Part shown: positions 53,386 through 63,921 of the stretch, in pieces
Position numbering within the stretch: position 1 is the first letter of the stretch
How the letters are laid out: each line of letters begins with the position of its first letter
Assembly: GCA_963725375.1 (NCBI GenBank)
Contig: CAVRYQ010000110.1
Location: 57,836-121,835 of the forward strand
Length of the DNA: 64,000 nt
Direction of reading: 5' to 3'
From: an uncultured Pseudomonadota bacterium
Lineage (GTDB): Bacteria; Pseudomonadota; Gammaproteobacteria; Burkholderiales; Gallionellaceae
Program-made: the position numbers and the translations under genes
Notes under the pieces: model-generated
What the model was told of the DNA's origin: nothing
Database searches by the model: none
What the model saw: only the letters and a program-made list of their open reading frames with translations

Positions 53386-54264
53386 ATGGAACGCATGCTC
53401 ATCATAGGTTGCGGCGACATCGCGCGGCGCACCATCCGGCTTCTCAAAACGAAATATCGCCTCTACGCGCTGATGCGAAATGGAACACAGCGCGATGTGC
53501 TGCGTGCCCAAGGAGTCTTTACGATCATGGGCGATCTGGATCGGCGGACGAGCCTGCCCAGAATAGCGGGGTTGGCGGACATCGTGCTGCACCTGGCGCC
53601 GCCCCAGACCTCGGGCGAGACGGATGTTCGCACTCGGCATCTTCTTGCGGCGTTGGGGGCAGGTGATTTGCCCAGGCAGCTCATCTATGTCAGCACCAGC
53701 GGGGTCTACGGAGATTGCGGAGGCGCCCGGGTGGGAGAAACGCGCAAGGTGAATCCGCAGTCGGCGCGTGCGCAACGACGGGTGGACGCGGAATTGCAGA
53801 TACGCCGTTGGGCGCGGGCGAATGGAGTGAAGGCCAGCATCCTGCGGGTTCCCGGGATTTATGCGAAGGATCGCCTGCCGCTGGAACGGCTGCGGGCCGG
53901 CATGCCCGCCCTCGCGGCCGCAGAAGACAGTTACACCAATCACATCCATGCCGACGATCTTGCGCGCATCATCGTCGCTGCCTTGCGTCGCGGCCGATCA
54001 AACCGCGTATATCATGCCGGAGACGACGATGTGATGAAGATGGGAGACTACTTCGATGCCGTTGCCGATGCGTATCATTTGCCGCGTCCACAACGTATCA
54101 GCCGTGCCGAAGCACAGCACGCCATACCGGAATCGATGCTGTCGTTCATGAACGAATCGCGGCGCCTGACGAATTCGAGGATGAAACGGGAGTTGCAGGT
54201 CAGGCTCAATTATCCGGCGGTGAGAAATGCCCTTGCGGATCAGCTCGGCGATGCACCGGGATAA
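53386..54264 (+). CDS. NAD-dependent epimerase/dehydratase (extended SDR)
   Basis: IIGCGDI, YVSTSGVYG, NHIHADDL. Confidence 0.8.
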   Translation: MERMLIIGCGDIARRTIRLLKTKYRLYALMRNGTQRDVLRAQGVFTIMGDLDRRTSLPRIAGLADIVLHLAPPQTSGETDVRTRHLLAALGAGDLPRQLIYVSTSGVYGDCGGARVGETRKVNPQSARAQRRVDAELQIRRWARANGVKASILRVPGIYAKDRLPLERLRAGMPALAAAEDSYTNHIHADDLARIIVAALRRGRSNRVYHAGDDDVMKMGDYFDAVADAYHLPRPQRISRAEAQHAIPESMLSFMNESRRLTNSRMKRELQVRLNYPAVRNALADQLGDAPG

Positions 54265-54351
54265 ATTTCGAACCGGGCATCGACTCGATTAAACAGAACT
54301 TAATGTGGCTGAATTATCATCCCAACGATACTGGCTACGAGGAATGAAATT

Positions 54352-56721
54352 ATGAATGACACTGCGACACCTTTGTCTCCTGACGAAATTCAACGCATCC
54401 ACGCATACTGGCGTGCCTGCAACTACCTCGCCGCGGGCATGATCTATCTGCGCGCCAACCCGCTGCTCAGGGAGCCGTTCACGCTTGCACACATCAAGAG
54501 CCGCCTGCTTGGTCACTGGGGCTCCAGCCCGGGCTTGGCGTTTGCCTATATCCACATGAACCGGCTGATCAACAAGTACGACTTGAATGCGATCTTTCTT
54601 GCGGGCCCCGGGCACGGCGCACCCGGCATTCTCGGGCCCGTGTATCTGGAAGGCAGGTACAGCGAGGTGTATCCCAACAAGAGCGAGAATGAAGAAGGCA
54701 TGCGCCAGTTCTTCAAGGAATTCTCCTTTCCGGGTGGTATCGGCAGTCATTGCACGCCGGAAACGCCGGGGTCGATCCACGAGGGCGGCGAGCTTGGTTA
54801 CAGTGTGTCGCACGCCTTCGGTGCGGCGTATGACAACCCCGATCTGATCGTGACGGTGATGGTGGGCGACGGCGAATCCGAAACCGCACCACTGGCGACC
54901 TCATGGCATTCCAACAAATTCCTGAATCCGGTCCGCGACGGTGCGGTGTTGCCCATCCTGCATCTCAACGGCTACAAGATCAACAACCCGACCATCCTGT
55001 CGCGCATCTCGCACGAGGAACTGGAAAACCTGTTCAGGGGATACGGCTGGACGCCGCATTTCGTCGAGGGCAGTGATCCGGAAGCGATGCATCAGGCGAT
55101 GGCCGCAACGCTGGAGCAATGCGTGCTTGAGATCCGCCGCATCCAGCAGGAGGCGCGCAGCGGCTACAAGCTGGTGCGTCCGCGCTGGCCGATGATCGTG
55201 CTGCGTTCCCCCAAAGGCTGGACCGGACCGAAAGAGGTCGACGGCAAGAAAGTCGAAGGTTTCTGGCGCGCACATCAGGTGCCGATAGGAGACCTGAACA
55301 CGCCGGAACATTTCGCGAAGCTGAAGGAATGGCTGGAAAGCTACAGGACATCCGAGTTGTTTGATGCGAACGGTGCATTGCTGCCCGAGCTGAAAGCGCT
55401 GGCGCCGAAGGGCGAACGCCGCATGAGCGCGAATCCCCATGCTAATGGGGGGTTGTTGCGCAAGGCGCTGCGCATGCCGGATCGCAAGGACTACGCCATC
55501 GTGGTAACGAGGCCGGGTACCATCACCGCGGAGAACACGCGCCCGCTGGGCAAGTTCCTGCGCGACATCATGCGCGACAACATGCACAACTTCCGCGTGT
55601 TCGGCCCGGATGAGAACAGCTCGAACAAGCTAGACGATATCTACGAAGTGAGCAAGAAAACCTGGCTCGCGGATTATCTGCCGGAAGACGCGGGCGGCGG
55701 CGAATTGTCGCCGGATGGACGCGTGATGGAAATGCTTTCCGAGCACACGCTGGAAGGCTGGCTGGAAGGCTACCTGCTCACCGGGCGCCACGGCTTCTTT
55801 TCCACCTACGAAGCATTCGTGCATGTCATCGATTCGATGTTCAACCAGCACGCGAAGTGGCTGGCCATGTCCAAGGACGTGCCCTGGCGCGCGCCGGTGT
55901 CGTCGCTGAATCTGCTCATCACGTCCACCGTGTGGCGGCAGGATCACAACGGCTTCACCCACCAGGACCCCGGCTTCCTCGACGTGGTGGTGAACAAGAG
56001 CCCGGAGGTGACGCGTATCTACCTGCCGCCCGATGTGAATTGCCTCCTGTCCGTCGCCGATCATTGCCTGAAGAGCACCAACTACATCAATGTGATCGTT
56101 TGCGACAAACAGAAGCACTTGCAATTTCTGGACATGGATGCCGCCGACAAGCATTGCGCCAAGGGCATAGGCATCTGGGATTGGGCAAGCAACGATCAGG
56201 ATGGCGAGCCGGATGTGGTGATGGCGAGTGCGGGCGACGTGCCCACCAAGGAGGCGCTCGCGGCCGTGGTGTTGCTGCGCGAGCATTTTCCCGCACTCAA
56301 GATACGCTTCATCAACGTGGTCGACCTGTATAAGCTCACGCCCTCCAGCGAACATCCGCATGGCATGAGCGACCGCGATTTCGACAGCCTGTTCACACTG
56401 GACAAACTGGTGATGTTCAATTTCCACGGCTATCCGTGGCTGATCCATCGTCTTGCCTATCGTCGTACCAATCACAGGAATTTCCACGTGCGTGGCTACA
56501 AGGAAAAGGGCAGCATCAACACGCCGCTGGAACTGGCGATCCGCAACCAGATAGACCGCTTCAGTCTGGTGATCGACATCATCGACCGCCTGCCCGCGCT
56601 GCATGTGGCGGGCGCGCACGTGAAGGAGCAGATGTTGAACAGGCAGATTGAATGTCGCAACTATGCATATGAAAATGGTGTCGACCTGCCGAAGGCGGAT
56701 GGATGGACGTGGCCTTGCTAG
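54352..56721 (+). CDS. xfp: Xylulose-5-P/fructose-6-P phosphoketolase
   Basis: [36 protein letters not shown]. Confidence 0.95.
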   Translation: MNDTATPLSPDEIQRIHAYWRACNYLAAGMIYLRANPLLREPFTLAHIKSRLLGHWGSSPGLAFAYIHMNRLINKYDLNAIFLAGPGHGAPGILGPVYLEGRYSEVYPNKSENEEGMRQFFKEFSFPGGIGSHCTPETPGSIHEGGELGYSVSHAFGAAYDNPDLIVTVMVGDGESETAPLATSWHSNKFLNPVRDGAVLPILHLNGYKINNPTILSRISHEELENLFRGYGWTPHFVEGSDPEAMHQAMAATLEQCVLEIRRIQQEARSGYKLVRPRWPMIVLRSPKGWTGPKEVDGKKVEGFWRAHQVPIGDLNTPEHFAKLKEWLESYRTSELFDANGALLPELKALAPKGERRMSANPHANGGLLRKALRMPDRKDYAIVVTRPGTITAENTRPLGKFLRDIMRDNMHNFRVFGPDENSSNKLDDIYEVSKKTWLADYLPEDAGGGELSPDGRVMEMLSEHTLEGWLEGYLLTGRHGFFSTYEAFVHVIDSMFNQHAKWLAMSKDVPWRAPVSSLNLLITSTVWRQDHNGFTHQDPGFLDVVVNKSPEVTRIYLPPDVNCLLSVADHCLKSTNYINVIVCDKQKHLQFLDMDAADKHCAKGIGIWDWASNDQDGEPDVVMASAGDVPTKEALAAVVLLREHFPALKIRFINVVDLYKLTPSSEHPHGMSDRDFDSLFTLDKLVMFNFHGYPWLIHRLAYRRTNHRNFHVRGYKEKGSINTPLELAIRNQIDRFSLVIDIIDRLPALHVAGAHVKEQMLNRQIECRNYAYENGVDLPKADGWTWPC

Positions 56722-56799
56722 GATTTGGGAACCGGGAGTCGGGATTTAACCGACCCCGCCTTTCCAAATCCAAACTCCCAGTTTCTAAATCCTGAATCC
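56720..56799. repeat. Heptamer-repeat stem-loop between xfp and ackA
   Basis: GGATTTG-GGAACCG-GGAGTCG-GGATTTA ... CAAATCC-AAACTCC-CAGTTTC-TAAATCC-TGAATCC. Confidence 0.65.
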
Positions 56800-56804
56800 T
56801 GTCT

Positions 56805-57860
56805 ATGAAAACCATCCTCACCATCAATAGCGGCTCTTCTTCAGTCAAGGCCAGCCTGTTCGATGCGGATGGCTCACGCCGAGATTTTCGTTACGGCCAT
56901 CTGCGCGATCCGGCTTTCGGGTTCGATCAGATGCTGCGCGATCTCACCGGGCATGCGCCCGATATCGTTGGTCACCGTTTCGTGCACGGCGGCGACATCG
57001 CCGATGCGGTGCGCGTGGTGGATGAGCCCGAGCTGGAGCGGTTGAAGGGAATCGTGCATCTGGCGCCGCTCCACCTGCCGGGCAATCTGCTGGGGCTGGC
57101 GTTGTGCCGCGAACGTTTCGCGGTGCCGCAGGTCGCCTGTTTCGACACCGCCTTTCACGCCACCATGCCCGAACTTTCCAGGCGCCTGCCGATCCCCGCG
57201 GAGTACGGTCTGCGCCGTTACGGATTCCACGGCCTGAATTACGCGCATGTCGCATCGCGGCTGCCGGACATGCTGGGCGAAAAAGCTTACGGGAACGTGA
57301 TTGTGGCGCACCTGGGCAGCGGCGCCAGCCTGTGCCTGATGCGCGAATTGCGTTCGCAGGACACGACAATGGGCTTTACCCCGGCCGGTGGCATTACGAT
57401 GGGCACGCGCAGCGGCGACCTTGACCCCGGCGTGATGCTGGAGCTGGCGCAGCACCACGATCCGCTGGCGCTGCGCGATATCGTGTTCCATCGCATGGGG
57501 CTGCTGGCATTGTCCGATGGCGAAAGCAGCGAAATGAGCGACCTGCTGAGGAGCGATAGCGACGCCGCCCGCTTTGCCGTAGCATATTTCTGTCGGCAGG
57601 TCAGCGGAGCGATCGGAGGTCTTGCCGCCAGGGCGGGCGGCATTGATGCGCTGGTCTTTACCGGGGGCATCGGGGAAAACGCGGCGATCGTGCGCGCCGA
57701 TATTTGCCGCACGCTGAAATTCATGGGGATCGACCTCGATCCCGCCGCGAACCGGACCAATGCAGCACGGCTTGAAGGTGCGGGTTCAAAACCGGTCTGC
57801 GTGGTGGCCGCGGACGAAGAGCAGATGATTCGCACGCTTTGCCTGAAGTGGCAGAAATGA
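56805..57860 (+). CDS. ackA: Acetate kinase (short form)
   Basis: INSGSSSVK, GHRFVHGG, FDTAFH, YGFHG, HLGSGAS, FTGGIGEN. Confidence 0.9.
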   Translation: MKTILTINSGSSSVKASLFDADGSRRDFRYGHLRDPAFGFDQMLRDLTGHAPDIVGHRFVHGGDIADAVRVVDEPELERLKGIVHLAPLHLPGNLLGLALCRERFAVPQVACFDTAFHATMPELSRRLPIPAEYGLRRYGFHGLNYAHVASRLPDMLGEKAYGNVIVAHLGSGASLCLMRELRSQDTTMGFTPAGGITMGTRSGDLDPGVMLELAQHHDPLALRDIVFHRMGLLALSDGESSEMSDLLRSDSDAARFAVAYFCRQVSGAIGGLAARAGGIDALVFTGGIGENAAIVRADICRTLKFMGIDLDPAANRTNAARLEGAGSKPVCVVAADEEQMIRTLCLKWQK

Positions 57861-57914
57861 ACGAAAGGGCGGATCGTCGCGCAATATTCGACAATGACAA
57901 AAAAGGAGATTCAA

Positions 57915-58034
57915 ATGGTGTGCAGAGACGACCACAACAGGCAGGAAGCGGTCACATTCAGTGTAGTCCTCAGTTGGCTCGCGGCAATTGCCACAGCCAT
58001 TGCGAGCATCATCGGCATCGTCAGCTTTTCCTGA
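57915..58034 (+). CDS. Small single-TM protein (39 aa), not in ORF track
   Basis: AAGGAG RBS; MVCRDDHNRQEAVTFSVVLSWLAAIATAIASIIGIVSFS. Confidence 0.55.
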   Translation: MVCRDDHNRQEAVTFSVVLSWLAAIATAIASIIGIVSFS

Positions 58035-58121
58035 CGCCTGATATGCGGGCGGGCTGTGGCAGTAGGGGGTAGCCGCCCCTGGCCATTCCGCCGATGGTTC
58101 CGGTTCCGGATGCCTGGAAAA

Positions 58122-59624
58122 TCAGGGTACCGTCGGGCTGCGGTCATGCGTGGCGGTCAAACCCTTCAGTCTTTCAGTCTGCCAGGCCTGTAACCAGTCC
58201 CAGGAGAAGCGCCACTCCCAGTTACCCCACGCCGTCCCCGGGAGATTCATCCGATGCTCGCTGTTCAGGCCCATCACATCCTGCAACGGGAAAATGACGG
58301 TATTCGCCGCTGACCCGGAAAGCGCATTGATCATGTCCCAGTTCATTTCCTTGCCATCACTGCCCAGATAGGACAGGGCAAACTGCTTCTCGTGTTCCGT
58401 CGCCGAATTCCACCATCCCAGGCTGGTGTCATTGTCGTGCGTGCCGGTATAGGCGACGGTATTGGTGATGTAGTGATGGGGCAGGAAATAATTGCTGTCG
58501 TTTTCCCCGAATGCAAATTGCAGGATGCGCATGCCCGGAAGGTTGAACTTGTCGCGCAGTTCAACGACATCCGGCGTAATCAAGCCGAGGTCTTCAGCGA
58601 TGATGGGCAGTTCGCCAAAGGCTTGCTGGAAGGCTGCAAACAATTTCTCTCCAGGCCCCGGCAGCCATGCTCCGCCGATGGCGTTGGGGGCGCCGGCGGG
58701 AGTCGCCCAGTAACCTGCGAATCCGCGGAAATGGTCGATCCGCACCAGGTCGAACAAGCGGAAGGCATGTTCCAGCCTTCTTATCCACCAGGCATAGGCC
58801 GTGCGTTCGTGAACATCCCAGCGGTACAGGGGATTGCCCCACAGTTGGCCGGTCGCGCTGAAATAGTCGGGCGGGACGCCGGCGACAATGACGGGGTTGC
58901 CTCCTGCATCAAGTTCGAAAAGAGCCTGGTGTTCCCATACGTCGGCGCTTTGATAGGAAACGAAAATCGGGACATCGCCAACAATGCGGACGCCCCGGTC
59001 ATTGGCATACTTCTTCAGCGAGGCCCACTGCCGATAGAAACACCACTGGCAGAATTTTCCGAATTCGATCTCGTCCACATAGCGCAGCCTGACTTTCGCG
59101 AGCGCTCTCGGCTCGCGCCTCACGAGTTCCTCCGGCCATTGGTTCCATTCCCGGAACTGCTCCTGGTGTTCAATGGCACTGAACAGGGCGAAGTCGTCCA
59201 GCCAGTGTTTTTCCGATTCGCAGAATTCCTGGTAATCCGCGCGCGTGCCGTTGTCGGGTGCGGAAAAGAACCGGTGTGCCGCGCGCTGGAGTCGCTCCAT
59301 CCGGTATGGCTTGACCAGGTCGAAATGTGCACGTTCAGCCTTGAATTCCGGATCCGGGAGCAGATCGTTCGCATCGAGCCAGCCCTGTTTCGCCAACTCT
59401 TCCAGATCGATCATCAGTTGGTTGCCGGCGAAGGCTGATTTGCTTGTGTAGGGCGAATTCCCTGCGCCCGCTTCTCCTAGCGGGAGCATTTGCCAGTAGG
59501 TTTGACCGGCACTGATCAGCCAGTCCACGAATTTGTACGCGCCGGAACCAAGATCGCCGGAGCCAAATTGGCCAGGAAGAGACGTGGGATGAAGCAGGAT
59601 ACCGCTGGCGCGCATGGAAATCAT
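58122..59624 (-). CDS. malQ: 4-alpha-glucanotransferase (amylomaltase)
   Basis: SGILLHPTSLP, GDVPIFV, GVPPDYFS.TGQLWGNP, RIDHFRG, AEDLG, THDNDT. Confidence 0.95.
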   Translation of the reverse strand: MISMRASGILLHPTSLPGQFGSGDLGSGAYKFVDWLISAGQTYWQMLPLGEAGAGNSPYTSKSAFAGNQLMIDLEELAKQGWLDANDLLPDPEFKAERAHFDLVKPYRMERLQRAAHRFFSAPDNGTRADYQEFCESEKHWLDDFALFSAIEHQEQFREWNQWPEELVRREPRALAKVRLRYVDEIEFGKFCQWCFYRQWASLKKYANDRGVRIVGDVPIFVSYQSADVWEHQALFELDAGGNPVIVAGVPPDYFSATGQLWGNPLYRWDVHERTAYAWWIRRLEHAFRLFDLVRIDHFRGFAGYWATPAGAPNAIGGAWLPGPGEKLFAAFQQAFGELPIIAEDLGLITPDVVELRDKFNLPGMRILQFAFGENDSNYFLPHHYITNTVAYTGTHDNDTSLGWWNSATEHEKQFALSYLGSDGKEMNWDMINALSGSAANTVIFPLQDVMGLNSEHRMNLPGTAWGNWEWRFSWDWLQAWQTERLKGLTATHDRSPTVP

Positions 59625-59853
59625 GATGTTCTTGTAATTGTGTGATGGTGAAGATGTGACACCCCCGAGAATACACTGTGTTATCGCCCCGGAGGGCTTC
59701 CGTATCTGCAAGCGGGGCACAATAACCAAGCTGAATACTATGGTATAAATGCATTGCAGAAATTGAAAGCAGACAACGTATAGTAGCCTGCGGACTTGCA
59801 TAAGGCCATGCAAGTTCAGCCCGTCAACATTTCAGGTTTGCCACAGGAGCGCC

Positions 59854-60528
59854 ATGACCCTAACGCTTGCATTCGATGTCTACGGAACGCTGATCGATAC
59901 ACATGGCGTCATTTCTGCATTGGAACGGCATGTGGGAGACGGGGCAGCCGAATTTTCCCGAGTCTGGCGCGAGAAGCAGCTCGAGTATTCATTTCGTCGC
60001 GGGCTGATGCAGAACTATGCGGACTTCGCGGTATGCACCGCCAATGCGCTTGACTACACCTGTGCATATTTCAAATTGACGCTGAGCGCCACCGAAAAGG
60101 AAGCATTGCTGGGCGTCTACAAAACCCTGCCCACGTATGAGGACGTGACGCCAGGATTGGCGCGGGCCAGGCAATCCGGGTTCAGAATGTTCGCTTTCTC
60201 CAACGGCAGTTCGGAAGCGGTGGGGCGGTTGCTGCGGAACGCGGGTATTGCGGACTGCTTTCTTGACATCGTGAGCGTCGATGAAATCAGGTCTTTCAAG
60301 CCAAACCCGGGCGTATACAGCCATTTTTTGAGGAGGGCCGGCGCCGTCGGTGCCGAAGCCTGGCTGGTATCGAGCAACCCCTTCGATGTGATCGGCGCCA
60401 TTTCCTCCGGAATGCGGGCAGCATGGCTCAAACGCTCCCCCGACGCGATTTTTGACCCGTGGGGAATAGAGCCGACTTTGACGGCGAGCAATCTGGCGGA
60501 CTTGATCGGACAAATCGGGTGCGAATGA
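59854..60528 (+). CDS. Haloacid dehalogenase type II (HAD)
   Basis: FDVYGTL, WREKQLEYSF, FSNG, KP, SSNPFDV. Confidence 0.85.
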   Translation: MTLTLAFDVYGTLIDTHGVISALERHVGDGAAEFSRVWREKQLEYSFRRGLMQNYADFAVCTANALDYTCAYFKLTLSATEKEALLGVYKTLPTYEDVTPGLARARQSGFRMFAFSNGSSEAVGRLLRNAGIADCFLDIVSVDEIRSFKPNPGVYSHFLRRAGAVGAEAWLVSSNPFDVIGAISSGMRAAWLKRSPDAIFDPWGIEPTLTASNLADLIGQIGCE

Positions 60529-60607
60529 ATCCCTGCCCGGCAACCCTTGCGCGCGCAGCGGTGTCCTGCCCAAGCATCTGCGGCCTGCACCCCTGTATTT
60601 TTTCTTG

Positions 60608-60651
60608 TATTTCTATATTGGCCGATATATATTTCGTATTAATACGAAATA
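60608..60651. promoter_or_regulatory. Tandem operator (perfect 22-bp palindrome plus degenerate copy) upstream of the ArsR-family gene
   Basis: TATTTCGTATT-AATACGAAATA at 60630-60651; TATTTC-N10-GATATA at 60608-60629. Confidence 0.65.
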
Positions 60652-60683
60652 GGACTCCTTGAAAATCGAAAAACATTACTGCC

Positions 60684-60998
60684 ATGGACAAAAAAGCGGC
60701 GCCTGACATTGACGACATCATCAAGGCATTGGCCCATCCCGTGCGCAGGGAAATTCTCGGCTGGCTGAAGGATCCGCAGAAATCCTTTCCCGCCCAGGAG
60801 CATTCGTTTGAGCTGGGCGTCTGCGCGGGCAAGATTTTTGAAAAGGCGAATCTCTCCCAGTCGACCATCTCGGCCCATCTGGCCACATTGCAGCGGGCGG
60901 GACTGATCACCCCGCGGAAGGTCGGGCAGTGGATTTTTTACTCACGCGACGAGGCATTGATCGGAAAATTTCTTGAGCGCATCAGGAACGATCTTTGA
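60684..60998 (+). CDS. ArsR/SmtB-family transcriptional regulator
   Basis: KALAHPVRREIL, LSQSTISAHL..L.RAGLI. Confidence 0.9.
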   Translation: MDKKAAPDIDDIIKALAHPVRREILGWLKDPQKSFPAQEHSFELGVCAGKIFEKANLSQSTISAHLATLQRAGLITPRKVGQWIFYSRDEALIGKFLERIRNDL

Positions 60999-61122
60999 CG
61001 GCAATGCCACCCAGGAGAATGCATTGAACAAGTCGGCCTCGGGCCGGGGGCTGAGGCTTGCATGGTTGATCGCGCAATAAGCCGTATCACCGGAAATGCG
61101 GCATCGCCAATGGGAGGAAATC

Positions 61123-61884
61123 ATGCCTGAACAGTATCCACGTGTCGCAATCGTCACCGGCGCAACCTCCGGCATAGGGGAAGCAATCGCCAGGAAATTT
61201 GTTGCCAGTGGTTATGGCGTGGTCGGCAATGGTCGCAATGCCGCGAAACTTCGCACGCTGGAACAGGAATTGGGCGTTCCATTTGTCGGCCTGGCAGGCG
61301 ATGTGGCTGACGGCGCCGTGCTTGATCGCCTGTTCGTATCGGCGCAACAGCGCCTCGGCAAAGTGGCCGACATCGTTGTAGCTAACGCCGGTCGGGGTTT
61401 GGGAGGATCGGTCACGGATGCCGACCTGTCGAAGTTTGAAGACATGCTCAAGATCAACGTCACGGGCACGCTGGCCCTGCTGCAAAAGGCGGCCAGGAAA
61501 ATGCTGGACGGAAGGCAACCGGCCTTTCCGGGAAGTGCGGCAGATATCGTGGTCATCGGTTCGGTGGTGGGGCGGCACATATCCCCATTCAGCGCGGTTT
61601 ATGGTGCCAGCAAGTTTGCCGTTCATGCACTCGCGGAAGGACTACGACGCGAGGTGGGACCCAAGGGGGTGCGAGTCTCGCTGGTTGAGCCGGGGATCGT
61701 GGTCAGCGGGTTCCAGGATGCCGCGGGCTACTCGGAAGACATGGTGCAACATTTTGAAGACAGATTCGGCCCCCTGTTGCAAGGGGGGGACGTGGCCAAT
61801 GCGGTTCACTACATCGTGACGCAACCGCCGCATGTCCATATCAGCGACATCATGGTCCGCCCGACGCGGCAGGATTATCCCTGA
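61123..61884 (+). CDS. SDR-family oxidoreductase
   Basis: TGATSGIG, ANAG, YGASK. Confidence 0.9.
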   Translation: MPEQYPRVAIVTGATSGIGEAIARKFVASGYGVVGNGRNAAKLRTLEQELGVPFVGLAGDVADGAVLDRLFVSAQQRLGKVADIVVANAGRGLGGSVTDADLSKFEDMLKINVTGTLALLQKAARKMLDGRQPAFPGSAADIVVIGSVVGRHISPFSAVYGASKFAVHALAEGLRREVGPKGVRVSLVEPGIVVSGFQDAAGYSEDMVQHFEDRFGPLLQGGDVANAVHYIVTQPPHVHISDIMVRPTRQDYP

Positions 61885-61958
61885 GCCTGTTCGGTAACAT
61901 ACGCCGGGACGCGTCGTTCCTTTCCGCACTTGAGATGAATATATGAGAGCTTGCCTGC

Positions 61959-63161
61959 ATGAGTGAACAAAAGGAAAGGATCAAGGTATTAAGTGCGGGC
62001 ATTTGCAGTCTGATTCTTGCAATGGGCGTGGCGCGCTTTGCCTATACGCCGTTGCTGCCGCTGATGCAGCACCAGGCCGGACTGGGTGTTGCGGCCGCCG
62101 GATGGCTGGCGGCGATCAACTATGCCGGGTACCTGAGCGGCGCGCTCACCGCGTCCATGATCAGCGACATGGTGCTCAAGGATCGCCTGTACCGCATCGG
62201 CATGATTGTTGCCATCGCGAGTACGGCCATGATGGGCATGACCACGGATTTCACCGTCTGGGCGATATCCCGCTTTGTCGCAGGCCTGAGCAGTGCCGCG
62301 GGCCTGCTGTTGGGCAGCGGGCTGATCCTGAATTGGCTGATACGCCACAACCACCACAGCGAACTCGGCATCCATTTTTCGGGTATCGGCCTGGGCATAG
62401 CCAGTGCCGCCGCCGCGGTATTCCTGATGAACCAGTGGATGACCTGGGATCAGCAATGGTTCGCGCTGACGGCGCTGGGATGTGTGCTCCTGGTCCCCGC
62501 ACTCGGCTGGCTGCCTCCGCCGGACCGGAGCGCTGTGACCAGGACCGGTCGGAAGATGGAAGATGCTCCTCCCAGTGATTTCTTCATGCGTCTGTTGATG
62601 TCCGCTTATTTCTGTGCGGGCATCGGTTACGTGGTCAGTGCAACATTCATCGTCGCCATCATCGACCATATGCCCGGCATGGCCGGAAATGGGACACTCG
62701 TATTCTTCGTCATCGGGATAGCGGCGGCGCCATCGTGCATTGCCTGGGACCTGATTGCGCGCCGCATCGGAAAGCTGAATGCGCTGATCGCCGCGTCCGT
62801 ATTGCAGATCGCCGGAATCATGTTGCCGGTTGTTTCGGGGGGGTTGTTTTCTGCGCTCGCGGGGGCGATCCTCTTCGGCGGTACCGTCATGGGGATCGTG
62901 AGCTTGGTGCTGACTATGGCTGGCCAATATTACCCGACCCGCCCTGCCAAGATGATGGGCAAGATGACGCTTTCATACGGAGCCGCCCAGATAATCGCGC
63001 CCGCCATTACCGGCTGGCTCGCGACCCGCGCGGGCAGCTATGCCCAAGGACTCTACCTGGCGGGCGCGGCAATGTTTGCGGGCACATTGATCCTCCTGGC
63101 ACTCAGGGCGGTGGAGAAGCGCGAGGGTGGCAAGACGGGTGTCGCGCGGCAGCCTTCTTAA
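61959..63161 (+). CDS. MFS transporter, YbfB/YjiJ family
   Basis: MGVARFAYTPLLP, NYAGYL.GA; about 12 TM helices. Confidence 0.85.
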   Translation: MSEQKERIKVLSAGICSLILAMGVARFAYTPLLPLMQHQAGLGVAAAGWLAAINYAGYLSGALTASMISDMVLKDRLYRIGMIVAIASTAMMGMTTDFTVWAISRFVAGLSSAAGLLLGSGLILNWLIRHNHHSELGIHFSGIGLGIASAAAAVFLMNQWMTWDQQWFALTALGCVLLVPALGWLPPPDRSAVTRTGRKMEDAPPSDFFMRLLMSAYFCAGIGYVVSATFIVAIIDHMPGMAGNGTLVFFVIGIAAAPSCIAWDLIARRIGKLNALIAASVLQIAGIMLPVVSGGLFSALAGAILFGGTVMGIVSLVLTMAGQYYPTRPAKMMGKMTLSYGAAQIIAPAITGWLATRAGSYAQGLYLAGAAMFAGTLILLALRAVEKREGGKTGVARQPS

Positions 63162-63295
63162 AATGGCAGCTCAGGCCTGACCGGCGAACGGAATGAGGCA
63201 ATGCAGTTTGTGCCCCGACACGTGCAGGCGCAGTAGAATGTCTAGGCATCACGCAATTAACAAGAGGGCAAACCAGCAAGGACGGGGGAAGCAAA

Positions 63296-63673
63296 ATGCA
63301 TGATGTGCCTGAGATTGACCAGCAGCACAAGAAACTGGTTGGCATGCTGAACGAACTGAACGAGGCCGTGAAAAACCGGCAGTCAAGGGAGGACATCTAC
63401 CGGATCATTGATGATGTGATTGCATTTACCGGCACGCATTTCGAGACCGAGGAACAACTGATGGCCGAGACCGGGTATCCCGAGATCGAAGCGCACAAGG
63501 ACAAGCACCGGCAACTCGTTCAGGAAGCGCGTCATCTCAAGGAAAAGCTGGACTATGTCGGCGAAGAGATGTTCACCGACTGGTTCAACCACTGGCCGTT
63601 CGCCAGGGTGCTTGCGCATATCCAGTACGCAGACAACCAGATGAAAGACTACATCCGTCAGAGCCGGATATAG
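63296..63673 (+). CDS. Single-domain bacteriohemerythrin
   Basis: IDQQH, HFETEE, HKDKH, HIQYAD di-iron ligand set. Confidence 0.9.
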   Translation: MHDVPEIDQQHKKLVGMLNELNEAVKNRQSREDIYRIIDDVIAFTGTHFETEEQLMAETGYPEIEAHKDKHRQLVQEARHLKEKLDYVGEEMFTDWFNHWPFARVLAHIQYADNQMKDYIRQSRI

Positions 63674-63792
63674 ATGCTGATTCCTGCGCGAATCAGCGCG
63701 ATGAATTCATTCAGAACCGGACTAGGAAAATTACGCAAGAGTTCGGACCGCAGGGGCGCTGCGGAAGTCCGGCATTGAAAACAACGACCTTC

Positions 63793-63921
63793 TCAAGCTA
63801 CAGCGATGAAGGCTATGCCCAGCGTGCAAATAATGGCAGCCAACAAGATGAAAAGCTCGACGCTGCGCAGGACTTCGACGATTTTTTCGCCGGCAAGGTG
63901 TTCCAGAATATGGGAGTTCAT
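63793..63921 (-). CDS. Small single-TM protein (42 aa), not in ORF track
   Basis: CAGGAGG RBS; MNSHILEHLAGEKIVEVLRSVELFILLAAIICTLGIAFIAVA. Confidence 0.55.
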   Translation of the reverse strand: MNSHILEHLAGEKIVEVLRSVELFILLAAIICTLGIAFIAVA

